From: Vulcanimicrobiota bacterium
GTDB taxonomy: Bacteria > Vulcanimicrobiota > Vulcanimicrobiia > Vulcanimicrobiales > Vulcanimicrobiaceae
NCBI GenBank assembly: GCA_003133025.1
Contig: PKZK01000198.1
Coordinates: 1-21,883, forward strand
Reading direction: 5' to 3'
Length of the DNA: 21,883 nucleotides
The translations under genes were made by a program, and so were the position numbers. Shown piece after piece: positions 1 to 7,017 of this stretch (the stretch's first letter is position 1; every line of letters starts with the position of its first letter). The notes below the pieces were generated by a model. It was not told the DNA's origin. It did no database searches and worked only from the letters and a program-made list of their open reading frames with translations.

Positions 1-999
1 GCGATCGTCGGCTACGGCAGCCAAGGCCGCGCGCACGCGCGTAACCTGCGCGATAGCGGACACGACGTCGTCGTGGGACTTCGCGACGGCTCCCCATCGC
101 GCCACGCCGCGAACGAAGACGGCATCCCATACGATTCGGTCGAGGGCGCGGTGCGGCGCGCCGACGTCGTGATGATCCTCGCGCCCGATGAAGAGCAGCC
201 GGCGATCTTCGCCGCATCGATCGAGGCGAATCTGCGCCGCGGCGCGTATCTCGGCTTCGCGCACGGCTTCGCGGTGCACTTCGGCACGATCGCGCCGCCC
301 GCGCACGCCAACGTGTTCATGGTTGCGCCCAAGGCGCCGGGGCGCCTGGTGCGCAGCGAATACGAAGCGGGACGCGGCACGCCGTGCTTGATCGCGGTCG
401 CGCAGAATCCCGCGGGCGACGCTCGCGACGTGGCGCTGGCATATGCGAGCGCGATCGGCGGCGGCCGGGCCGGCGTGCTCGAGACGACGTTCAAAGAAGA
501 GACCGAGACCGACCTGTTCGGCGAACAGGCCGTGCTCTGCGGCGGCCTGACGCGCTTGGTGACGGCAGGCTTCGAGACCTTGACCGAAGCCGGCTACGCG
601 CCGGAGATGGCCTACTTCGAGTGCCTGCACGAGGTCAAGCTGATCGTCGATCTGATGTACGAACGCGGCATCGAAGGCATGCGCGACGCGATCAGCAACA
701 CGGCGAAGTACGGCGACTACACGCGCGGCGACGCGGTCGTCACCGTGCACACGAAGGCGGCGATGCGTGAGATCCTCACGAGCATCCAGTCGGGCGAGTT
801 CGCGCGCGAATGGGTCGGCGAGCACAAGGCGGGCAAGCCGCGCTTCCAACGCTTCCGCTCGTCGTGGGGCGCTCATCCGATCGAGAAGGTCGGCAAGACG
901 CTGCGCGGCCTGATGCCCTGGATGCGCGGACCCGAGCGCGCGCCGCAGCCGGTGGAAGCCCGTGGCGGAGCTTCCGACTTCGGCTTCCGCATGATGTGA
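1..999 (+). CDS. ilvC: Ketol-acid reductoisomerase (class I), 5'-truncated by window edge
   Basis: Frame is open from base 1: [20 protein letters not shown] (Rossmann GxGxQG), then [42 protein letters not shown] and ISNTAKYG, all KARI hallmarks. Confidence 0.97.
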   Translation, partial: AIVGYGSQGRAHARNLRDSGHDVVVGLRDGSPSRHAANEDGIPYDSVEGAVRRADVVMILAPDEEQPAIFAASIEANLRRGAYLGFAHGFAVHFGTIAPPAHANVFMVAPKAPGRLVRSEYEAGRGTPCLIAVAQNPAGDARDVALAYASAIGGGRAGVLETTFKEETETDLFGEQAVLCGGLTRLVTAGFETLTEAGYAPEMAYFECLHEVKLIVDLMYERGIEGMRDAISNTAKYGDYTRGDAVVTVHTKAAMREILTSIQSGEFAREWVGEHKAGKPRFQRFRSSWGAHPIEKVGKTLRGLMPWMRGPERAPQPVEARGGASDFGFRMM

Positions 1000-1024
1000 T
1001 GTAAGGCTGCATACGCGCCCCGGG

Positions 1025-1033
1025 TGGTATAAT
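1025..1033 (+). promoter_or_regulatory. Extended -10 promoter (TGGTATAAT) for a probably leaderless msrB mRNA
   Basis: TGnTATAAT ends at 1033, the ATG follows at 1040 after a 6-nt gap, and there is no Shine-Dalgarno. Confidence 0.7.
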
Positions 1034-1039
1034 CGAGTC

Positions 1040-1453
1040 ATGGAAAGCACGGAAAAGATCGAGAAGCCCGAGTCCGAGTGGCGCGCCGAGCTGGATCCCA
1101 ACCGGTACGCCGTCTTACGGCAGGGAGCGACCGAGCCGGCGTTCAGCGGCAAGCTCTATCGCAACAAGGCCGACGGCACCTACACCTGCGGCGCGTGCGG
1201 CGCCGAGTTGTTCCGCTCGGACGAAAAGTACGAGAGCGGCAGCGGCTGGCCGAGCTTTACGGCGCCGCTCGCCGCGGGCACGGTCGAGCTGATCGAGGAT
1301 CGCTCGCACGGCATGATCCGCACCGAGGTGCGCTGCGCGCGCTGTCATTCGCACCTCGGCCACGTCTTCGACGACGGGCCGGGGCCTGCAGGCGAGCGCT
1401 ATTGTATCAATTCGCTTGCACTGGATTTTGCGCCGGAGGCCGATAAGGCTTGA
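1040..1453 (+). CDS. msrB: Peptide-methionine (R)-S-oxide reductase MsrB
   Basis: TEPAFSG, two CxxC Zn motifs (CGAC, CARC), SGSGWPSF, HLGHVFDDGP and catalytic RYCINS. Confidence 0.97.
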   Translation: MESTEKIEKPESEWRAELDPNRYAVLRQGATEPAFSGKLYRNKADGTYTCGACGAELFRSDEKYESGSGWPSFTAPLAAGTVELIEDRSHGMIRTEVRCARCHSHLGHVFDDGPGPAGERYCINSLALDFAPEADKA

Positions 1454-1477
1454 CGAGTTACTCACAGGGGGTATAAT
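1450..1477 (+). promoter_or_regulatory. Sigma70-type promoter upstream of the M-box riboswitch
   Basis: TTGACG (1450-1455), 16-bp spacer, TATAAT (1472-1477). Predicted TSS at about 1483-1485 coincides with the aptamer start. Confidence 0.8.
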
Positions 1478-1483
1478 CAAAAC

Positions 1484-1645
1484 GGAACCTCGTTAGGCGA
1501 GGCGTCCGTACGAGAAAATCGTCGCTACCCGGAAAGGTCGAGAGACCCCAATGGGTGACCAGGCCCCGTCGAATCAAGGCGGGATCTAACGCGACTGAGC
1601 TTCGGCTCTAAGGCGTACGGTGCCAAACCCCGGACGTTGAGGCAC
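1484..1645 (+). ncRNA. M-box (ykoK leader) Mg2+-sensing riboswitch aptamer
   Basis: Collinear match, from memory, to the B. subtilis ykoK leader blocks: CGTTAGGCGAGGC..CGTA, GCTACCCGGAAAGGTCGAGAGACCCCAATGGGT, CAG...TCGAATCAAGG, TAACGCGACTG, TACGGTGCCAAACC..GACGTTGAGG. P1 closes as CCTC/GAGG. Confidence 0.92.
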
Positions 1646-1673
1646 CGTCGAGCCCCAGGGCGAGACGCTAACT

Positions 1674-1711
1674 TCGCCGCCGGATCGTGGATCCGACGGT
1701 GATTTCATTTT
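1674..1711 (+). terminator. Intrinsic terminator in the riboswitch expression platform
   Basis: Hairpin TCGCCGCCGGATC-GTG-GATCCGACGGTGA (one mismatch) followed by TTTCATTTT. CACCGTCG (1643-1650) is complementary to the 3' arm CGACGGTG and offers an alternative pairing. Confidence 0.7.
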
Positions 1712-1751
1712 ACGGCGGCTCGGCCGCACCGAGAGGGGGTGACGACAAGCA

Positions 1752-1844
1752 ATGGACGACGACGGCAGTAGGCGCTTCGACCAGCCTCCGCCTGTAACGG
1801 GCGTAAACGCAGGCGTCGCATTGCGATGCCGCTTCCTCTCCTAA
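1752..1844 (+). CDS. Putative 30-aa small ORF or leader peptide (MDDDGSRRFDQPPPVTGVNAGVALRCRFLS)
   Basis: Extended SD-like GAGGGGGTGA lies 9 nt before the ATG. The TAA stop overlaps the TAAGGAG SD of the next ORF. No homology evidence. Confidence 0.35.
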   Translation: MDDDGSRRFDQPPPVTGVNAGVALRCRFLS

Positions 1845-1855
1845 GGAGACCGACC

Positions 1856-1990
1856 ATGGCTTTTCTCGTTTCCTTTGCGCGTCGCTTGTTCGCGCACGAT
1901 GCCCCGGCTCCGGCCCACCGCGCCCCGCACGACGCGCCCGCGCGCTCCACGAGCCCGACCTCCGCATCCTGGATCCTGCACTCGCGATGA
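1856..1990 (+). CDS. 44-aa small protein of unknown function (MAFLVSFARRLFAHDAPAPAHRAPHDAPARSTSPTSASWILHSR)
   Basis: Strong SD TAAGGAG 7 nt before the ATG, located downstream of the riboswitch, and stop overlaps the next start (ATGA). Confidence 0.65.
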   Translation: MAFLVSFARRLFAHDAPAPAHRAPHDAPARSTSPTSASWILHSR

Positions 1991-2166
1991 GTGCGGCGCG
2001 TCGCGCCGCCGCGGAGTTGGTCGCCCTCTGCGCGGCGCGCGAACGCGCGTTGCGCGCGGGCGACGGCACGACCGCGCTCGCGCTGAGTCTCAAATTGCGC
2101 TCGGAGATGGAGCGCCGTCGCCTCGACGCGGCGCTCCATCCCCCGCGGCGCCGGCCTACTTCTTGA
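1987..2166 (+). CDS. 59-aa small helical, Arg/Ala-rich protein of unknown function (MSAARRAAAELVALCAARERALRAGDGTTALALSLKLRSEMERRRLDAALHPPRRRPTS)
   Basis: ATGA overlap with the 44-aa ORF. It ends with an 11-bp convergent overlap with the lipoprotein gene and fills the intergenic gap exactly. Confidence 0.55.
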   Translation: MSAARRAAAELVALCAARERALRAGDGTTALALSLKLRSEMERRRLDAALHPPRRRPTS

Positions 2167-2959
2167 CGGTGATGTAACCGACCTGAGTGCAGTTGGTCGC
2201 GCTGTAGTAGCCGTAGAAATACAGGTTGCCATAGTTGACCAGGGTCGCGTTGAACGGGCTGCACGAACTGTTGGGTATCGTGATGCTGACCGTCGCGACG
2301 GAGTCGGTGAGCGTGCCCGTGAGGCTGCCCGACGCCTTCTGTCCGGCCACGATCTCCGTGAACGTTCCGGAGAGATCGAAGGTCGGCTGCGAGCCCGTTT
2401 GGCTGAGCTTGAGCTTGCTGATCGTGGCCTGAACTTGGTTCGTCTCGTCGTAGAAGGTGCCGTTGTAGGTGCCCGACGTGTTATATGTCGGGCTCACGTA
2501 CTTGACGGTAACCGTTCCGGAGTTCGTGCACGAACCCGTCGGCGTGTACGAACCGCTGAGCTGTTTGCCCGCAACTTTGGCCGAAAGGTCGTACACGCAA
2601 TTCGTTGCGGCGACGGTCAGCGATCCGGAGAACTCGTTTTTCGTGATGGTCCCGACCACGTTGACGGCCGAGGTTCCCTCATCGGTCACGAGCGTGCCCG
2701 AGCCTTGGACGTTCGGCGCCTGATACTCGACGAGTTGAAGGCTGATCGCTGCGGCCCCGTTGACGCTATCTTGCACGGGGCCCGCGTACGTGCCGGTCAC
2801 GTTGTCGGCAATGACGCCCTGCGGGTCGACGACCGCGTGCGATAGCGTGGACTGGCCGCCGGCCGCGAGCGGCGACGAACCGCCGCTGCCGGCGCAGCCC
2901 GCCGCTGCGAGCAACAGGGACAGCGACGCATAACGAATGGCTGCGTGGGGTGAGCGCAT
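2156..2959 (-). CDS. Lipoprotein with two tandem beta-rich domains, function unknown
   Basis: SD AAGGAG precedes ATG 2959 (MRSPHAAIRY...). Lipobox LAAAGC is followed by a Gly/Ser linker and a Thr/Ser/Gly/Val-rich duplicated domain (NVTGTYAG / NTSGTYNG), each copy with two Cys. Confidence 0.85.
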   Translation of the reverse strand: MRSPHAAIRYASLSLLLAAAGCAGSGGSSPLAAGGQSTLSHAVVDPQGVIADNVTGTYAGPVQDSVNGAAAISLQLVEYQAPNVQGSGTLVTDEGTSAVNVVGTITKNEFSGSLTVAATNCVYDLSAKVAGKQLSGSYTPTGSCTNSGTVTVKYVSPTYNTSGTYNGTFYDETNQVQATISKLKLSQTGSQPTFDLSGTFTEIVAGQKASGSLTGTLTDSVATVSITIPNSSCSPFNATLVNYGNLYFYGYYSATNCTQVGYITVKK

Positions 2960-3055
2960 CCTGGGACTCCTTGGCGTTCCGGTGGGTGGAAACACGGCGC
3001 CGTTCGGAACCTGCCGTAACGCTCCCTCTCCCGGCGAGAGAGCGTGGGGCCTGCT

Positions 3056-4228
3056 TCAGTCGCGCTCGAAGGCGATTTCGCCGGCCTTGAAGACGAGCCG
3101 CGGAGCGCGTAACGGCCGCGCGTCGGAATCGATGTCCGCATCGAGCACGAGCACGTCGGCCACCGCGCCCGCTTGCAGGCGGCCGCGCTCCAAACCGATG
3201 AGGTCGGCGGCATCCGCGGTCGCCACGCGTAGCGCTTCGCGCGGCGACATGCCCAATTCCGACACCATCAGTTCGAACTCTCGCCAGTAGTCTTCATGCA
3301 GGTTGAACGGCGTGCCGGCGTCGGAACCGCCTGCGAACTTCACCCCGGCGGCGCGCGCCGCGCGCAAGTTCTCGTAGGCGTTGACGGCGATCTCGTTGGC
3401 CTTGCGCAACACGAAATCGGGCATTCCCGCTCCGGGTCCGGCCGAGACGATACGATCGATGGCGCTCAGCGTCGGCACCAGCCGCGTGCCGCGCTCGACC
3501 ATGAGCGCGATGCCTTCGGCATCGATCAAGTGTCCGTGCTCGATGGAGTCGATGCCCGCGCGGATCGCGTTCTTGATGCCGTTGGTGCCGATGGCGTGCG
3601 CGGCGCAGTGCATGCCGTGCACGTGTGCCTCGGCGATGCCGGCCCGCAACTCTTCTTCCGAGAGTTGATCGATGCCGGGCACCGCGCCTTTGGTCAGCAC
3701 GCCGCCCGTGGCGATGAATTTGATGCAGTCGGCGCCGCCCATGCGTTGCTCGCGCACCGCCTTGCGCACGTCCCACGGCCCGTCGGCCTGACGGCCGATG
3801 AACCAGCCGTGGCCGCCGGTCATGCAGATCGCACGCCCCGCCGCCACGATCGTCGGACCCTCGGCCGTGCCCGCGGCGATTGCGTCGCGCAAGTCGATCG
3901 AGAGGTTCTCGGTGCTGCCCAGATCGCGCACCGAGGTGACGCCTGCGTGGAGTGCCTTGCGCGCGTTGTCGGCGCACACGTACGCCCGCTGCGTGGGCGT
4001 GGTCAAGACGAAGACGCTCTGCGTCTGCGTTTCACCGCTGGCCTCGAAGTGGGCGTGGCAGTTGATCAAGCCCGGCACCAGCGCAGCCGCTTCGATCGCG
4101 CGCGCCCCGTCGGGCACGCTGTCGCCGATGGCTGCGACGCGGCCGTTCTCGATGGTGAGCACGCCGTTGTGCAGCGGTTCGCCGGCATTGGTGTGCAGCG
4201 TTCCGAAACGGATGGCGAGCGCGCTCAT
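3056..4228 (-). CDS. Amidohydrolase family protein (metal-dependent, prolidase/dipeptidase-like subgroup)
   Basis: PGLINCHAH (HxH), IKFIATGGV (carboxylated Lys), AAHAIG, SIEHG, GSDAG and ADVLVLD. Confidence 0.92.
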   Translation of the reverse strand: MSALAIRFGTLHTNAGEPLHNGVLTIENGRVAAIGDSVPDGARAIEAAALVPGLINCHAHFEASGETQTQSVFVLTTPTQRAYVCADNARKALHAGVTSVRDLGSTENLSIDLRDAIAAGTAEGPTIVAAGRAICMTGGHGWFIGRQADGPWDVRKAVREQRMGGADCIKFIATGGVLTKGAVPGIDQLSEEELRAGIAEAHVHGMHCAAHAIGTNGIKNAIRAGIDSIEHGHLIDAEGIALMVERGTRLVPTLSAIDRIVSAGPGAGMPDFVLRKANEIAVNAYENLRAARAAGVKFAGGSDAGTPFNLHEDYWREFELMVSELGMSPREALRVATADAADLIGLERGRLQAGAVADVLVLDADIDSDARPLRAPRLVFKAGEIAFERD

Positions 4229-4980
4229 GGCTTCTCCCCGAAGAAGACGTCGGTGCGATAGACGATCTCGACGCGCCCGTCGCGTTCGAAGCGTTCGAAG
4301 GCGGCGTCGAGCGCGGCGACCAGCGCCAGGTACGGTGCGCCGTCGCGCGGAGCGTACGACGTGCTGCGCACGCGTCCGAGCAAGCCGTCGTAGTCGAGGC
4401 TCTGGCTATTGTGAAACGACTCGATGCGCACGCCGGCGAACGCCGCTTCGAGCAAGCCGCGGATGACGCTCGAGCCGTTGCGATAGCCCGCCAGCTCCAT
4501 GCGGTCGCTGAAGCCTTCGACGATTTCGCCGTAGGCGCGCGTGAACGGGTCGGCGTCGTCGCGTTCGTTCCAGACCAGCGCGATGCGGCCGCCCGAGCGG
4601 AGCACGCGCGCGAATTCGGCGATCGATTCGGCGTTGGCGAACCAATGGAAGGCTTGGAACGAGGTGACCAGGTCGATGCTGCCCGCCGGTTCGCCGAGCG
4701 CGTCCGCGTGACCGTCGCGCACGGTCAAGCCCGCCGACTCGGCCGACGCGCGCATTTCGGCGTTGGGCTCGATGCCCGTCACGCTTACGCCGCGCGCGGC
4801 GAGCAGACCGGTCGAGATGCCCGTGCCCGCACCGACGTCGAGCGCGCGCAAGCCGTGAGGATCGCCCAGACCGGCCAAGATCGCGTCGATCGCCGCCGCG
4901 GGATACGACGGACGGTAGCGGGCGTAGTCGTCCGAGCGCGCGTTGAAGCGTTGCGGGTTGCCGCGCGGGTCGAAGCTCAT
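4225..4980 (-). CDS. Class I SAM-dependent methyltransferase
   Basis: YARYRPSYP, LDVGAGTG, GIEPN, QAFHWF and LRSGGRIALVWN. The start MSFDP at 4980 overlaps the upstream stop (ATGA). Confidence 0.93.
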   Translation of the reverse strand: MSFDPRGNPQRFNARSDDYARYRPSYPAAAIDAILAGLGDPHGLRALDVGAGTGISTGLLAARGVSVTGIEPNAEMRASAESAGLTVRDGHADALGEPAGSIDLVTSFQAFHWFANAESIAEFARVLRSGGRIALVWNERDDADPFTRAYGEIVEGFSDRMELAGYRNGSSVIRGLLEAAFAGVRIESFHNSQSLDYDGLLGRVRSTSYAPRDGAPYLALVAALDAAFERFERDGRVEIVYRTDVFFGEKP

Positions 4981-6155
4981 CCGGCCACCCCGTCGATGAC
5001 CGCGAAGCACCGCTCGATGTCGTCGATCGTATTGTAGTGCGCCAAGCTGATGCGCAGCGCGCGGCCGTGCCGGTCGGGCGCGAGCTTCTGCATCAAGCGC
5101 GGCGCGTAGTAGTCGCCGTGACGCGCTTCGATGCCGGCGGCTTCGAGCCGTTGCGCGACCTCTTCGCCGTCCACGCCGTCCACGTTGAAGGCGAAGACCG
5201 GCAGTCGTTCTCGATCCGGCGGGCGGCCGTAGAGCGTCACCTTCCCGGCGCGCTCGGCGAAGCCGCGCCGCATGTGCGCCGAAAGCTCGGCTTCGTAGCG
5301 GGCGAAGGCGGCGAGGGCGCGGCGCGGCTCGGGCGCGACGTCGCGCAAGTAGTCCACCGTGCCGAGCCAGCCGGCCAAGGCTTCGTAGGCCTGCGTGCCC
5401 GTCTCCATGGTCCAGTAGCGCGCTTCGCTCGGGATGCGCTCGTCGTCGGCGTGCACGAAGCGCTCGAACGCGCTATCGCTGAGATACCAGAAGGCCAGAT
5501 GCGGCGCGTAACATTTGTAGGCGGAGAAGAAGACGAAGTCGACCGAGCGCGGGATCTCGAGCGGGAAGTGCGGGAACGCCTGCACCCCGTCGACGACGAC
5601 CGTCGCGCCGGCCGTCTTCGCGGCGCGCGACAACGCGCCGACGTCGAAGACGGTGCCGGTGGCATTCGAGGCCCAGGGCAGCGCGACGAGCACCGGTTCG
5701 CTGGCCAGCAGCGTGCGGTACTTCTCTTCGTCGAGGTCGCCGCGCGCGTCGACGGGCACGACGTGCACCTGCGCGCCGAAGCGGCGCAGCCACATCCAGG
5801 GCGCGACGTTGGCTTCGTGATCGGCGGCGGTGACCACGATGCGGTCGCCGCTGCGGATCGAGCCCGCAACCAGGCGCGCGAAGGCGAAGGCCAGCGTCGA
5901 GGAGTTGAGCCCCGTGCCCACGCGTTCGGGCGGAGCGCCGATCAATTCGGCGCACTCGCGCTTGGCCGCGTCGGCGAGTTCGTTCGTGGCCTCGGTGCGC
6001 GCGAAGATGCCGCCGCGTTGCGCGTTGTCGTAGGTGAGATAGCGCTGGATGCGTTCCAGCGCCGAGTCGGGCAATTGCGCGCCCGCGGCATTGTCGACCA
6101 GGATCCGCCCGCGCGCGGCGCACGAGAGCACTGCCGGAAAGCGCTCCTCGTTCAT
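4977..6155 (-). CDS. Class V PLP-dependent enzyme (cysteine desulfurase-like subfamily lacking the catalytic Cys)
   Basis: DNAAGAQLP, DHEANVAPW, ASNATG, VDGVQ, FSAYK (PLP lysine), HGDYYA and LRISLAHYNT. Start MNEERFP at 6155 has an ATGA overlap with the liuE stop. Confidence 0.88.
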   Translation of the reverse strand: MNEERFPAVLSCAARGRILVDNAAGAQLPDSALERIQRYLTYDNAQRGGIFARTEATNELADAAKRECAELIGAPPERVGTGLNSSTLAFAFARLVAGSIRSGDRIVVTAADHEANVAPWMWLRRFGAQVHVVPVDARGDLDEEKYRTLLASEPVLVALPWASNATGTVFDVGALSRAAKTAGATVVVDGVQAFPHFPLEIPRSVDFVFFSAYKCYAPHLAFWYLSDSAFERFVHADDERIPSEARYWTMETGTQAYEALAGWLGTVDYLRDVAPEPRRALAAFARYEAELSAHMRRGFAERAGKVTLYGRPPDRERLPVFAFNVDGVDGEEVAQRLEAAGIEARHGDYYAPRLMQKLAPDRHGRALRISLAHYNTIDDIERCFAVIDGVAG

Positions 6156-7010
6156 GCGGACAACTCGCGCCGCAACACGCCGCCGATGAAGTCCGAAGCG
6201 GCGCGCACCGCTGCGAGGTCGACGCCTGTCTCCAAACCCATGCCGTGCAGCATGTCGAGCAACGCTTCGGTGGCGAGNNTCGAAAGTCATGACCTTCTCG
6301 TGCAGCGCGGCGCGCACGTTGGCCAGCGCCGTGCCGCGCGTATCGTGGAAGTGCATGGCCAGCCGTTCGACGGGCATGACTTGCTGCAACGCTTGCGCGA
6401 CCTCCGATACCTGTTCGGGCACGGCCACGCCGATCGTGTCGCCGATCGAGATCTCGTCGACGCCGAGATCGGCCAGCGCGCTCGCCACGCGCACGACTGC
6501 TTCGAGCGGCACAGCGCCCTCGTAGGGGCAACCGAAGGCCATCGAAAGATAGCCGCGCACCCACACGCCATCCCGTCGCGCCGACTGCACGACGTCGCGA
6601 AACGCGTCGAGCGATTCCTCGATCGACATGTTGATGTTGCGTTTGGCGAAGGTTTCGGTCGCCGAGGTGAAGACCGCGATCGCATCGACGTGGGCCTCGC
6701 GCGCGCGCCGGTAGCCGCGCTCGTTGGGCACCAAGCACAAGTAGGTGACGCCGGGCCGGCGCTCGATGCCGGCCATTACGGCTTCGGCGTCGCTCAACTG
6801 CGGGATAGCGCTCGGGCGAACGAACGAGGTGGTTTCGATCAGCGCGAGTCCGCTGCGACTCAACAGGTCGATGTAGCGGATCTTGTCGGCGGCGGTAACG
6901 ACGCCCGCTTCGTTTTGCAGACCGTCGCGCGGTCCGACTTCGCAGACCTTCACGCGGCGCAGCGTATCGGTCTCCTCGGGCAGCGGCACGGCGTCTTCGA
7001 AATCGTTCAT
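6152..7010 (-). CDS. liuE: Hydroxymethylglutaryl-CoA lyase, interrupted by an assembly gap (NN at 6278-6279)
   Basis: EVGPRDGLQNE, TSFV.P..IPQL.DA, FGCPYEG, IGDTIGVA and HFHDTRGTALAN. After the gap the protein resumes in another frame (LATEALLDMLHGMGLETGVDL...ELSA*). The GGCPYA segment would fall in the gap. Confidence 0.93.
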
Positions 7011-7017
7011 CGCCCGA

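Noticed and set aside
1705..2264. ORF-track calls 1705-2232(-), 1710-2264(-) and 1875-2177(+)
   Set aside because: No SD, low-complexity translations, and overlap with the lipoprotein gene. The SD-supported small plus-strand ORFs explain the region better.
4977..7010. Apparent 677-aa fusion of HMG-CoA lyase and a PLP enzyme in the ORF track
   Set aside because: Artifact of the NN gap at 6278-6279. The lyase C-terminus continues in another frame to a stop at 6152, and the PLP enzyme has its own start at 6155.
6152..7010. liuE as a frameshifted pseudogene
   Set aside because: The frame break and missing GGCPYA segment coincide exactly with the assembly gap.
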